Positions 18,099 through 26,681 of a stretch of 64,000 nucleotides of DNA are shown here, one piece after another. The position numbers and the translations under genes are program-made. The notes beneath the pieces are model-generated. The model searched no databases. It saw nothing but the letters and a program-made list of their open reading frames with translations, and was not told the origin of the DNA. Numbering within the stretch: position 1 is the first letter of the stretch; each line of letters starts with the position of its first letter. The DNA comes from a virus, in the IMG/VR virus record IMGVR_UViG_3300028800_000061, positions 64,001 through 128,000 of that record; one strand, written 5' to 3'.

Positions 18099-19598
18099 GT
18101 GACCGTGGCAACGGTAACTCAGGCGTACAAGTACGAGCTGGACCCAACCCCCTCACAGGCGCGGATGTTCGCCTCCCATGCTGGTGGGGCCAGGTTCGCG
18201 TACAACTGGGGTATCGCCACGATCATTGCCGCACTGGATGCGCGGCAAGCTGAGAAGGACGCGGGCGCCGAGCCGACCGTTCCGGTGCCCGCCCACTTCG
18301 AGTTGTGCAAGATGTGGACGGTGTGGAAGGACACCGCCGAGTGGACCGACCGCGCTACCGGGAATGTCACTGATGGTGTGGGGTGGGTCGGGGAGAACTT
18401 CGTCGGCACGTACCAGGCGGCGTTGCGTGATGCGGCCGGCGCATGGAAAGCGTTCTTCGCGTCCCGTTCGGGGAAGCGGAAAGGCCGGCGGGTCGGCCGG
18501 CCCCGTTTCCGATCGAAAGGAAAGGCCCGGGAGTCCTTCCAGGTCCACGGCGCCGTGTTCCGGCTGGCGCCCGGGCCTTCGGCCAAGTACCCGGGCACAC
18601 GGCGGGTCCGCGCGCACACACCAGCGCCGATGGCCTCGTACATAATGCTGCCGAAGATCGGCCCGGTCCGCTCGCACGAGTCGACACGGAAACTGCGCCG
18701 CAGGATTGACAACGGCACCGCGAGGATTGTCCGCGGCACCGTAGCGAAAAACGCCGCAGGCCGGTGGCACATCGCGATCACCGCCGAGGTGCAACGGGAC
18801 GTGCGGCTGAAGCCGTCTGCCCGGCAGCTGGCGGGCGGCATCATCGGTGTCGACTTGGGTGTGCGGGACACGATCACTTTGTCCACCGGGGAGTCTGTGA
18901 AGAACCCAGCTCACCTTGAGCGCTCGCTGCGCCGGCTGGCGGCCGCGCAGCAAACTGTCGCCCGGCGTACCAGGATCGGCCGGCCGTCCTCGGCGCGGCG
19001 GTTGAAAGCTGTCGAGCGGGTCGGCCGGATCCACACCCGGGTCAGTAATCTCCGGCAGGATTACCTGCACAACCTGTCCACCCGGCTGATCCACGAGCAT
19101 GCTGGCATCGGGGTGGAAGGTTTCGACCTGCAGCAAGTTGCAGCCCGCGGCGGCAGGAGCGTGCCCCGGCGGGTGCGACAGGTGCGGAACAGGCTCCTGG
19201 CCGGATCCGCACTCGGAATGTTCCGCTGGCAACTGCAATCGAAAAGCGCCTGGTACGGGTGCCAGGTGCTGGTCACCGGCGCGCAAGCACCGTCGGGCAG
19301 GACATGCTCCCGGTGCGGGACGGCAAAAGCCACGCCGATCCCGCCCCATCTGGAGCTGTTCCGGTGCCCGCAGTGCGGCCACGTCCAGGATCGGCGGCTT
19401 AACACTGCCCTGGTTCTGGCGCAGTTCGCGCGTGAAACGAAAACGACGTCCGGGACTGGCTCGGAGTCGCTAAACGCCCGTGGAGAGGATGTAAGCCCCG
19501 GGCCCGTCCGCAAGGGCAGGACCGGGCGATCCTCGTTGAAGCGGGAAGCCCGCCCCAGGGGGCAACCCTCGGGTAAGACGGGCACCCCCAGCACGTAA
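18099..19598 (+). CDS. tnpB: solo TnpB (IS607/IS605-like) with RuvC-III Asp replaced by Arg, probably nuclease-dead
   Basis: AYKYELDPT..HAGGARFAYNW, GRPRFRSK, LPKIG.VR.HE, GVDLGV, VEG, CSRC..CPQC zinc finger, DRRLNTA in place of DRDxNAA; no tnpA nearby. Confidence 0.9.
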   Translation: MTVATVTQAYKYELDPTPSQARMFASHAGGARFAYNWGIATIIAALDARQAEKDAGAEPTVPVPAHFELCKMWTVWKDTAEWTDRATGNVTDGVGWVGENFVGTYQAALRDAAGAWKAFFASRSGKRKGRRVGRPRFRSKGKARESFQVHGAVFRLAPGPSAKYPGTRRVRAHTPAPMASYIMLPKIGPVRSHESTRKLRRRIDNGTARIVRGTVAKNAAGRWHIAITAEVQRDVRLKPSARQLAGGIIGVDLGVRDTITLSTGESVKNPAHLERSLRRLAAAQQTVARRTRIGRPSSARRLKAVERVGRIHTRVSNLRQDYLHNLSTRLIHEHAGIGVEGFDLQQVAARGGRSVPRRVRQVRNRLLAGSALGMFRWQLQSKSAWYGCQVLVTGAQAPSGRTCSRCGTAKATPIPPHLELFRCPQCGHVQDRRLNTALVLAQFARETKTTSGTGSESLNARGEDVSPGPVRKGRTGRSSLKREARPRGQPSGKTGTPST

Positions 19599-19750
19599 GG
19601 GCTGGGCGTCCCCAACCACCTGCCGAAAAGCAGGCAGCACAACTCAACAGAGGCAAGCGCAGACGTTCGACCGGTGGGCGAGGGGAGGCTCGCGAATCCC
19701 CTGCTGGCTACTGCTGATGTCCGGGACGAGGGGCCTAGCGCAGGTAACGT
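19460..19750 (+). ncRNA. putative TnpB omega-RNA scaffold and guide (3' boundary uncertain)
   Basis: AAACGCCCGTGGAG..GTAAG..TGAAGCGGGAAG..GGTAAGAC pattern overlapping the tnpB 3' end; stems GAGGAT/ATCCTC and CCTGC/GCAGG, with GCAA and GTAA loops. Confidence 0.65.
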
Positions 19751-19955
19751 CCCATGCCGGCCATGCTGGGCGAGAGGGAGATCACCAGTCACGGGGGTGA
19801 GAGGTGTAGCAGTGGTGCCCCGCGTGGCCCGGGCCGCTCACACGGAGGGGATGCGGGGAAGTGAACGACTTGCCTGGTACCGGGATGAGGGCATCGGCAC
19901 ATTGCTGGGGCTGAGAGCAGTGGCAGCAGGCCGGCGGCGAGAGCAGTAGAGACAC

Positions 19956-20005
19956 AAAAAAGGCCGCCCCTGCTACCCGGCACGAAGCCAGGTAGCAGGG
20001 GCGGC
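19956..20005 (-). terminator. intrinsic terminator of the late/lysis operon
   Basis: 15-bp inverted repeat GCCGCCCCTGCTACC/GGTAGCAGGGGCGGC followed by a T-tract on the minus strand, just after the holin. Confidence 0.85.
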
Positions 20006-20027
20006 AGAGAGTAAGCGGTGCCTGTGG

Positions 20028-20411
20028 TCAGCTGGTAGCCGACTCCGGTGGTGGGATGACGCTAGGCGGGTTCAGCTTGGCCACAGGCGTGATGGCTTGA
20101 CGGAGCACCAAGGACAGCACCAAGGACAACGCCGGCACCGCGGTGCCGATCTGATCCGCTGTCAGGTGCAAACCAAACGCCGCCGCTGCTGTGGCGATCG
20201 TGGCCACCGCACCGGTCACCACGGGAACGCTCGCCGGCCTGGCCGCGGCCGCCGCGATGAGAGCAAGAACGGCCGTGGCCGCAGTGGTCACCGCACCGGT
20301 TTGGGTGGCCGTCAGGTGCAGGCCAAACGCGACAGCGGCAGCGATCACACTGTTGACACCGCCGACGATAACCGCCGGCTCGTTTCGGATCTCGGTGAGT
20401 AGTTTGTTCAC
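20028..20411 (-). CDS. putative holin
   Basis: Four TM segments with an internal duplication (AFGLHLTA.Q.G twice), EPAVI N-terminus, end of the lysis cassette. Confidence 0.7.
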   Translation of the reverse strand: MNKLLTEIRNEPAVIVGGVNSVIAAAVAFGLHLTATQTGAVTTAATAVLALIAAAAARPASVPVVTGAVATIATAAAAFGLHLTADQIGTAVPALSLVLSLVLRQAITPVAKLNPPSVIPPPESATS

Positions 20412-20424
20412 ATGCCTCCGGGGA

Positions 20425-21228
20425 TCAGATGTGGAGTTGCCGGAAATCGCACCAGTGACCTAGCGCGGCGAACGTGGACAAGTGCGCCCGGCCATCACCA
20501 TCCGCTCCCCACGACGTCGACCAGGAGTTGCGGAACCGGATGGTGGTGCGTTGCAGATCGAGGCGGCCGAGCAGATCAAACTGGACGTTCTCGATCGTGT
20601 GCCAGTACGTTTCGTGGCCACCGACGACACCGCCGGCGATATCCCCGGCCAGATGGGTCAGTGATCCGTCGCCGTCGATGAACCCGTCATCGTCTGGGGT
20701 CATCCACGCTGCCAGCCACGGCTGGCCGACGATCAGCCCGCCGTCCTGCATCAGGGACACGATGTTCTCGGCGCCGTGCGCGATTTTGTGGCCGGCGATC
20801 ATCGCTGTGGTTTCGAGCATCTGGCAGACAGCGACACCGCTGGATCCGCAGTCCTCCGGCGGCCACTCTGATGCCGGGTTGCCGGTTTCCATCGTGAGCG
20901 CGTGGTACAGCTTGATGGCAAACTTCTCATCTGCTGCCGGGTCCTGGGTGATGCCGTATTCGGTCAGTTTCGCTTCCGGCAGAATCCCGGCCAGCGCCGC
21001 GGTGGTCGCGTTAGCGACACACGATCCGAGAGAGTCTGCTTTCGGCGCACCGGGCACCAGCTCAGATGTGTCGATGCCCTGGGCGATCAGGTCCTCTTGA
21101 TCCAGGACTGGGATGCGTGGCGGGTGCGCGACCGGTTTGAGTTCGCTTTCACCGCGGTGGAAATGCAGCCTGGCGAGCGACGATGGCGGCTCGGCGACAT
21201 GCAAACGGCCGAACTTGGTTGCGGACAG
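20425..21228 (-). CDS. papain-like (C1) cysteine peptidase
   Basis: VLDQ..LGSCVANA, GGHE, FRNSWSTSWG.DG; best RBS (AGGAAGGGG) points to CTG 21228. Confidence 0.8.
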   Translation of the reverse strand: MSATKFGRLHVAEPPSSLARLHFHRGESELKPVAHPPRIPVLDQEDLIAQGIDTSELVPGAPKADSLGSCVANATTAALAGILPEAKLTEYGITQDPAADEKFAIKLYHALTMETGNPASEWPPEDCGSSGVAVCQMLETTAMIAGHKIAHGAENIVSLMQDGGLIVGQPWLAAWMTPDDDGFIDGDGSLTHLAGDIAGGVVGGHETYWHTIENVQFDLLGRLDLQRTTIRFRNSWSTSWGADGDGRAHLSTFAALGHWCDFRQLHI

Positions 21229-21422
21229 CGTTAACAGCCCCTTCCTGGGGATGAGGGCAGGTTCGGGTGGCGCGGGGAATGAGGGGAAGGCGGACAGCAC
21301 CCTGGCCCCCGGGCGCGCTAAAGGGGGTGGGGGGTAGATGTCGCGGTGCGGGCCGCCGGGGATGAGAGGACCAACGAGACTGCGAGCGGGCAATCGGGGA
21401 CGAGAGGCCGCAGGGAGGTGGG

Positions 21423-21644
21423 TCAGGCGCTGATCGTGTACGACGTTCCAGCGCCGCCGGCTGCACCGATGCTGTAGTTGCTGCTGTACCAGGTGACAGC
21501 CGGGTAGGTGTGCGGCCACGGGTGCACGCAGGTGTGGTGATGGCAGCCGTGGCATGCCGGCTGGCCGGCCAGTGCAGTACGCAAGTTCGCGATCTCCTCG
21601 CGCAGGGCTGCGACTTCGGCGGTCAGGTCCTGCTTTCCGCTCAT
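21423..21644 (-). CDS. small hypothetical protein
   Basis: Short coiled coil plus CHGCHHHTC; purine-rich RBS. Confidence 0.5.
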   Translation of the reverse strand: MSGKQDLTAEVAALREEIANLRTALAGQPACHGCHHHTCVHPWPHTYPAVTWYSSNYSIGAAGGAGTSYTISA

Positions 21645-21664
21645 GATGTTTCCGTTTTCCTTTC

Positions 21665-22597
21665 TCAGATCAGCGCAACAGCACCGGCGACATCGGAATC
21701 GCTGGTGACAGCGAGGGTGATGAACGCGCTTGTCTTCCCCGCTGGAATGGCCACGTCCTGATTGCCGCGGCTGGCGAACACAAGCTCGTAGCCGGGTTTG
21801 CCATCGACGAAATCCACATCTGCCTTGCCGGGGGCGTTCAGGCAGACCCGGACACCTTTGGCGGCTGGGATGATCGGCACCGGGGTCGGTGTTCCGTGCG
21901 GCAAAAGAGGGAGCATGGGGTCCTCCATGGTCGTGATGAGCGATGGCCCGGCTGGTTTCGGGACGGGCACTGGTTTCGGGTGCGGCTTAGGTGCAGGTTT
22001 GCCGATCACGGCCCGCATGCCGGTGAGCGTGGTGAAGTTCGCTACATCCCGGTCGATAGGCCCGGTGATCGTGTGCTGGTGGATGGTCCACGCTTTCCAC
22101 GGCACTGGCACCCGCGGGAACCCGGGCGCGCTCGACGGGTCGGAAACCCACAGCGGGAACCGGCTCAGGTGCCGGCCGTAGGCCGCGGCGTAGCTGAGGT
22201 TGACGTACAGCACCGGTGCCCGGCCGGTGCGCTCTTGCAGCAACGCGAGCACTTCCGCTGCCCACCCGGCCACCTGGGCGCCTGTGCGGCCATCGGTGGT
22301 TTCCAGGTCGAGGCACACACCGTCGTGGTCCGTGAAACCGATACGGGTGAGCTCGGCGAGGAACAAGCCGGCAGATGCGGCCGCGCCGACTGCCGGGTGC
22401 CCGAACATGTACCCGATCCGGCCTTTGCTGTTGGCTCCGAGCCACGCCCAGTCGGCGCCCGCGTCAGGGTTGGTGTACGGGCCGGCCACTGATAGCTCGG
22501 TGATTTTCACGCCAGCCCAGGAGATCGCGCCGGCCTCAGCGCGCCACGCTCCTGGCGGCCCTTGGTAGCTTGATACGTCGACGCCGGGTAGGGTCAC
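21665..22597 (-). CDS. endolysin, GH25 muramidase
   Basis: GVDVSSYQ, VKITE, CLDLE, LW, IHQH, IDRD; Pro/Lys linker and C-terminal domain; GGAGG RBS. Confidence 0.88.
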   Translation of the reverse strand: MTLPGVDVSSYQGPPGAWRAEAGAISWAGVKITELSVAGPYTNPDAGADWAWLGANSKGRIGYMFGHPAVGAAASAGLFLAELTRIGFTDHDGVCLDLETTDGRTGAQVAGWAAEVLALLQERTGRAPVLYVNLSYAAAYGRHLSRFPLWVSDPSSAPGFPRVPVPWKAWTIHQHTITGPIDRDVANFTTLTGMRAVIGKPAPKPHPKPVPVPKPAGPSLITTMEDPMLPLLPHGTPTPVPIIPAAKGVRVCLNAPGKADVDFVDGKPGYELVFASRGNQDVAIPAGKTSAFITLAVTSDSDVAGAVALI

Positions 22598-23049
22598 ACG
22601 CCTCCGTTGAGGGTGTTGAGGCTGGACACATGGATTTCGCCGGGTAGCGGGCCCGCCTCGGCGGCCAGTCGTGTCCCGGCGGGTGTGAGTTGCCACAAGC
22701 AGATACGGCGCCCGCGGGCGGCGGGCGCGGCCGACCGGATTGTGCCGGTGGCGGCGGCCAGGCCGGCCCGGGCGAGCGCTTGCAGCGCGTTGGAGATCAG
22801 CGGCCGGGCGCGGGCGGGAAGGACTGGGCGCAATGTGTCAGCGGAGAATTGCTGCCCGTGCCGGGCCCGGACGATGATGTGCCGGGCGGTCCGGGGTATA
22901 TCCCACGACCAGGTGACATCCTGCAAGCCGAGCGCGTCGAGCAAAAGCTGGGCGTCCTCGAGGTCGGCGGCTTCACGCAGGATCGTCCAGGCGGCCTCGG
23001 TGGCGGCGGCGTTGTCGTCTGCGTCCAGTATCTGCGCGGCTAGGGTCAC
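22594..23049 (-). CDS. hypothetical protein, possible winged helix
   Basis: Operonic overlaps; FSADTLR..LARAG..W.LT. Confidence 0.5.
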   Translation of the reverse strand: MTLAAQILDADDNAAATEAAWTILREAADLEDAQLLLDALGLQDVTWSWDIPRTARHIIVRARHGQQFSADTLRPVLPARARPLISNALQALARAGLAAATGTIRSAAPAARGRRICLWQLTPAGTRLAAEAGPLPGEIHVSSLNTLNGGV

Positions 23050-23444
23050 TCTTCTCCTTCGGCTGGCAGGCCCACCGGGGGCCGGGCAGCGAGCATGGTT
23101 TTGATCTCATCGACAGTGGTTGCGATGTGGGTGAGGGCCTGGTGCTGCGCGTCGGATTGCGCATCGGATGAACGCTGCGTCTTGTTGCCCACGTACACGA
23201 GCAGTGGCAGCGCGAACAGCTGGATCCACCCGGAGGAGTAGAAGAAGAACCGGGATTGCACGCTGGCGGGGAACAACTGGACGAGCAGAGGTGCGGCGAT
23301 GAACGCCCACACGGTCCAGATCAACCCGAACAAGATGGCCAGATGGGTGGCGGCCCAGTCGTTGAACCGGCCGACCGCGTTTCTTTCCTTGGCCAGCAGC
23401 TCGGCCGGGTGGATTACCTGGTCATGGGTGCGGCGTTGGGTCAC
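23046..23444 (-). CDS. membrane protein (DUF1003-like)
   Basis: RFNDW.A..LA..FG..W, SSGWIQLFALPLL.VG; two TM segments. Confidence 0.6.
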   Translation of the reverse strand: MTQRRTHDQVIHPAELLAKERNAVGRFNDWAATHLAILFGLIWTVWAFIAAPLLVQLFPASVQSRFFFYSSGWIQLFALPLLVYVGNKTQRSSDAQSDAQHQALTHIATTVDEIKTMLAARPPVGLPAEGEE

Positions 23445-23459
23445 ATGCCTCCGGGTGGG

Positions 23460-23705
23460 TCACAGGATGTCGCCGATGGTTATGTGCACCCAGTCCGGGC
23501 CGGCTTCCTCGGCGGTAAACGGCAGCCCGCGTGCCTCAGCGACCCGCATCACCATCTCGGCGTTATCCGAGTGCAAAGTCGCGATCACGAACGGCTCGTA
23601 TTGCAACCGGGTCCACAGCATGCCGATCTCCACACCACGCCGGAACTCGGTGCTGTCCGTGTCGAACGGCAGCAGCAGCCCGAACTCGTGCTCGCTGCCG
23701 CTCAT
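23460..23705 (-). CDS. hypothetical phage protein
   Basis: LPFDTDS.EF.RGVEIG.LW; ATGA overlap. Confidence 0.6.
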   Translation of the reverse strand: MSGSEHEFGLLLPFDTDSTEFRRGVEIGMLWTRLQYEPFVIATLHSDNAEMVMRVAEARGLPFTAEEAGPDWVHITIGDIL

Positions 23706-24331
23706 GCGGCCGCGAGGATCTGGTAGGCGACAATGCTCGCATCCGCGCTCGATGTGGACTCGATGGTGAACGACACCCCGGGTGCGCGTGCTGCGACATA
23801 CAGCGCACCGGGTGTGCCGGAGGGTGTTTGAGCAGTCAGGAAGATCGGTGTACCGGTAGCTACCGCGGCGGTAGCCACCGTGGCGGTCCCGCCTGTGAGA
23901 GTCACGAACCCTTGCTCGGACGGCAACGACACCGCACCGGAAACACCGTTGACGGAGATCACGTACAGGCCGGGCTGGGCCGGGATGAGCGGCACCGGCC
24001 CCAGCCGGCTGATATCGACCGTGGAGCCCCAGGATGACGGCAGGTATGCGTCGAACGCGATCGCGGCACCGGGGACATTCACTTGCACGCTGTACGCCCA
24101 CCCGGCAGGCAGCAGATCGGCGTTATCGGTGCACGGGAGAACCACCGAGAACTGGCCGGTGGAATGTGACACCGCGGCGACAATCGGGTTGGCGGACAGG
24201 ACTGCCTGACCGGTCATATCGGTGAGCGGCACCGAGGGCGCGAACAGCACGGTCCCGCCGAGCGGCGTCCCTGCTGCGGTCAGGTAGGTGCCGGTGACCG
24301 TGATCGTGGTCAGGCCGACTGGAAGGCTCAC
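23702..24331 (-). CDS. minor tail protein
   Basis: TVTGTYL...G.PL.G.V.F.PS..L.CTDN.DL.P.GW.Y actinophage minor-tail pattern. Confidence 0.7.
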   Translation of the reverse strand: MSLPVGLTTITVTGTYLTAAGTPLGGTVLFAPSVPLTDMTGQAVLSANPIVAAVSHSTGQFSVVLPCTDNADLLPAGWAYSVQVNVPGAAIAFDAYLPSSWGSTVDISRLGPVPLIPAQPGLYVISVNGVSGAVSLPSEQGFVTLTGGTATVATAAVATGTPIFLTAQTPSGTPGALYVAARAPGVSFTIESTSSADASIVAYQILAAA

Positions 24332-24807
24332 TCGTGGCCTGCTTTGCTGATCAGCCCGTGCACATACTGGCTGGCCTCGTAGTCGGAATGGCTCGCTGTG
24401 TGCGCGCCGGCGGCGCCGCGATGGTGCCAGGCGCACAGCCACCGCAGGTTCTCGGCCGACTCCACCCACGCCCCCACCTGCGACGGGTCGCTGATACCCG
24501 GGTAGTCCTTCTCGAGGGCGGTCAGGTCAACGCCCTGCTGCAAGGAGAACTCAACGTGTGCGTGGTGCAACTCCAGGCCGGGCTGCTCGCCGGCATCGTC
24601 CGCCGGGGGGCACGGGTGCATTTGCGCGTCCATGCAGTCGCCGAACCCGATCCGCTCCCCGATGTGGCAGCGGGCTGTGGCGCGGGTGGCCTGGTGGTAG
24701 TGGTGGAAGTCCCTGTAGTGCGGGTCGTCCTCGCGGGCCGGGTGCGGCGGGAAGTGCATGACGTACCGGTGGGTTTCAGCCTGCGCGTGTGCGGCGACTT
24801 CGGTCAC
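24328..24807 (-). CDS. HNH-like His-rich protein
   Basis: LELHH..ENLRWLC..HH His-Me finger-like pattern. Confidence 0.55.
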   Translation of the reverse strand: MTEVAAHAQAETHRYVMHFPPHPAREDDPHYRDFHHYHQATRATARCHIGERIGFGDCMDAQMHPCPPADDAGEQPGLELHHAHVEFSLQQGVDLTALEKDYPGISDPSQVGAWVESAENLRWLCAWHHRGAAGAHTASHSDYEASQYVHGLISKAGHE

Positions 24808-24835
24808 ATGCCTCCTGGGTGCAGCAAAAAGGGCG

Positions 24836-25156
24836 TCAGCGGCGGACGGCCGGGGCGTTGCATCCCAGGTCGGTCCCTAGCTGGTCGAGCGTGGCGTGGA
24901 GCCGCTGGTCGTACGCCCGGGACGGGTTAGTGACCGGGTTGCCGGCCGGAGGCTTCAGTGCGGCCAGCTCGCGCATCGTCGTGCAGATCTTGCGTTCCAC
25001 GGCGATCCCCTGATGTTGCTGCACTGCTTGCTCCCGGCGTTGCGCGGCTTGCGCGGCGCGCACCTCGGCCCGGGTGGCCAGCAGGTTCCCGGCGCCGACG
25101 ATCAGCACCAGTGCCAGGAGTGCCGCCATCGCGCGCTGACCAGTGATCCATCTCAT
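24836..25156 (-). CDS. membrane protein of the lysis region
   Basis: N-terminal TM, coiled coil and two Cys. Confidence 0.55.
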   Translation of the reverse strand: MRWITGQRAMAALLALVLIVGAGNLLATRAEVRAAQAAQRREQAVQQHQGIAVERKICTTMRELAALKPPAGNPVTNPSRAYDQRLHATLDQLGTDLGCNAPAVRR

Positions 25157-25527
25157 GAGGAGATGTCCATCTCCTTCCCGTCGCTGCGCTGAGGATGATG
25201 GGACTCCATGCGGTCACGCATCGCTGCCTGCTCCGCTTTGATTTCAGCGACGTCCTCTGCGGTGCGATGCACGATGTCACGCAGGGATTTGCCGTGGTTA
25301 GGGCTTGTCTCAGCGACGACGTGGGCGATGGACGCCTCAACGGCCTGGAGCCGGGCCATCACCCCGGGCCGGGACGGCACTCCAGGCCGGCCCGGCTCAC
25401 CGAAGTAGTCGTCCAGGAACTGAGTGGTGCGCACGAGAATCCGCCACGCCTGCCGGGCACACCAGGCGAGGCATCCAATGACGGCGGTTGCCAGGGCTAC
25501 GGCTGCAACTATCCATGCCGGGTCCAT
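25153..25527 (-). CDS. membrane protein (holin/antiholin-like)
   Basis: N-terminal TM; FLDDYFGEP.RPGV..RPGVM.RL..PNHG.SLRD typical of actinophage lysis regions. Confidence 0.65.
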   Translation of the reverse strand: MDPAWIVAAVALATAVIGCLAWCARQAWRILVRTTQFLDDYFGEPGRPGVPSRPGVMARLQAVEASIAHVVAETSPNHGKSLRDIVHRTAEDVAEIKAEQAAMRDRMESHHPQRSDGKEMDISS

Positions 25528-25538
25528 TCACCCCCCAG

Positions 25539-26681
25539 TCACAGCGATATCCAGGTGATTTCGATCGTGCATCGCTGCCCGGCGGTAATCACCGGTGTGC
25601 CGTTCCCCCCGCTGGAGGCGTAGAACGCCCACCCGGAGATTGTGTCCGATCCGCCGTACAACTGGAATGCCGCCGAGCCGGAGACGATCCCAGCGGATGT
25701 TTGCGGCACCCATCCCCGGTCACACGTGTAGGTGATGGCGCCGTTAAGGCCCGCGGCCGCCTCCACTTTGGTGACCGCGTCAGCGGCTGCGGCGGTGGAG
25801 ACGGTGACCGACACCTCATAGGTGCCGGAGTATCCGGCCGGGCATTCCCATGCACTGCTACCGGAGTTCCACCCGGAAAACGGGTCCTCGATGATGCTGT
25901 TGAACGGGATGACAACATCCACGTTGTTCGTCCACGTCGCGGAGTTGGTCAACTCGGCCCGGAAAACCACTCTGCTGGTGAGAAACGCGAACGGTGCTTG
26001 CACCCAGCCATCAAAATCGGCTGCCAGCGGGGCGTACCCGGCGATGAACACAGGCACCGCGGGCTGCAAGGACACCGTGAACGTGAGAGTGATCTGCCCT
26101 GTGTGGCCGGCGCCGCCAAGCTTGCCCTTACCGGCCCCGCCACCGCCACCGCCGGGGCCACTGCCCGGTGCAGCCCCGGCCACCCCGTTGTTCCCGCCGG
26201 CCCCACCGGGGCCGCCGCCGGTGACCGCGCTCGCACCGGAGGCACCGGTGCTGGTGGTCGAGTTTGAGCCATTGTTCCCCGCCGCTGCGCTGCCACCGGA
26301 TCCGCCGCCGCCACCGCCACCGGTGCTGGTCGCTGTGCCGCCCTGGCCGCCGTCATGCGTGACGCTGTTAGTTGAGCTGGTGCCACCGAACTGGAGCACA
26401 GCTCCGTTCGCGATGACCGCGCCGGCGAACACTGTGGCCTGGCCGCTGCTGCCGTGGGCGCCGCCTGCGCCGACCGTGAAGCTGTACACCGTCCCTGGGA
26501 CCACGGTGAACGCGGGCTCGGCGGCGTACTCGCCTCCGCCTCCGCCGAGGCCTCCGGTGGTGCCGGAGGTTTCGTCTTCCCCGCCGGATCCGCTGCCCCA
26601 GCACTCAACCTGGATCTGGGTGACCCCGTTCGGGCACAGCCATGTGCCGGAACCGGCTGCAGCGAATGTCTGGGTGGCCAC
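25539..26681 (-). CDS. glycine-rich minor tail protein
   Basis: CPNGVT.I.VECWG.G.GG and long GGxG tracts. Confidence 0.75.
   Translation of the reverse strand: MATQTFAAAGSGTWLCPNGVTQIQVECWGSGSGGEDETSGTTGGLGGGGGEYAAEPAFTVVPGTVYSFTVGAGGAHGSSGQATVFAGAVIANGAVLQFGGTSSTNSVTHDGGQGGTATSTGGGGGGGSGGSAAAGNNGSNSTTSTGASGASAVTGGGPGGAGGNNGVAGAAPGSGPGGGGGGAGKGKLGGAGHTGQITLTFTVSLQPAVPVFIAGYAPLAADFDGWVQAPFAFLTSRVVFRAELTNSATWTNNVDVVIPFNSIIEDPFSGWNSGSSAWECPAGYSGTYEVSVTVSTAAAADAVTKVEAAAGLNGAITYTCDRGWVPQTSAGIVSGSAAFQLYGGSDTISGWAFYASSGGNGTPVITAGQRCTIEITWISL

Noticed and set aside
18153-19382. 409-aa antisense ORF and similar long shadow ORFs (for example 30270-31232, 40322-41383, 50794-51786)
   Set aside because: Opposite-strand shadows of real high-GC genes with no recognisable motifs
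17911-19750. Complete IS200/IS605 or IS607 element
   Set aside because: No tnpA (Y1 or serine recombinase) and no recognisable left end
19750-19770. Alternative guide TCCCATGCCGGCC with in-window targets
   Set aside because: Only short GC-rich matches inside coding regions (for example near 45836), as expected by chance
19745-19790. HDV-like ribozyme (minus strand GGCCGGCATGGGAC resembles HDV ends)
   Set aside because: Could not build the nested double pseudoknot; treated as coincidence
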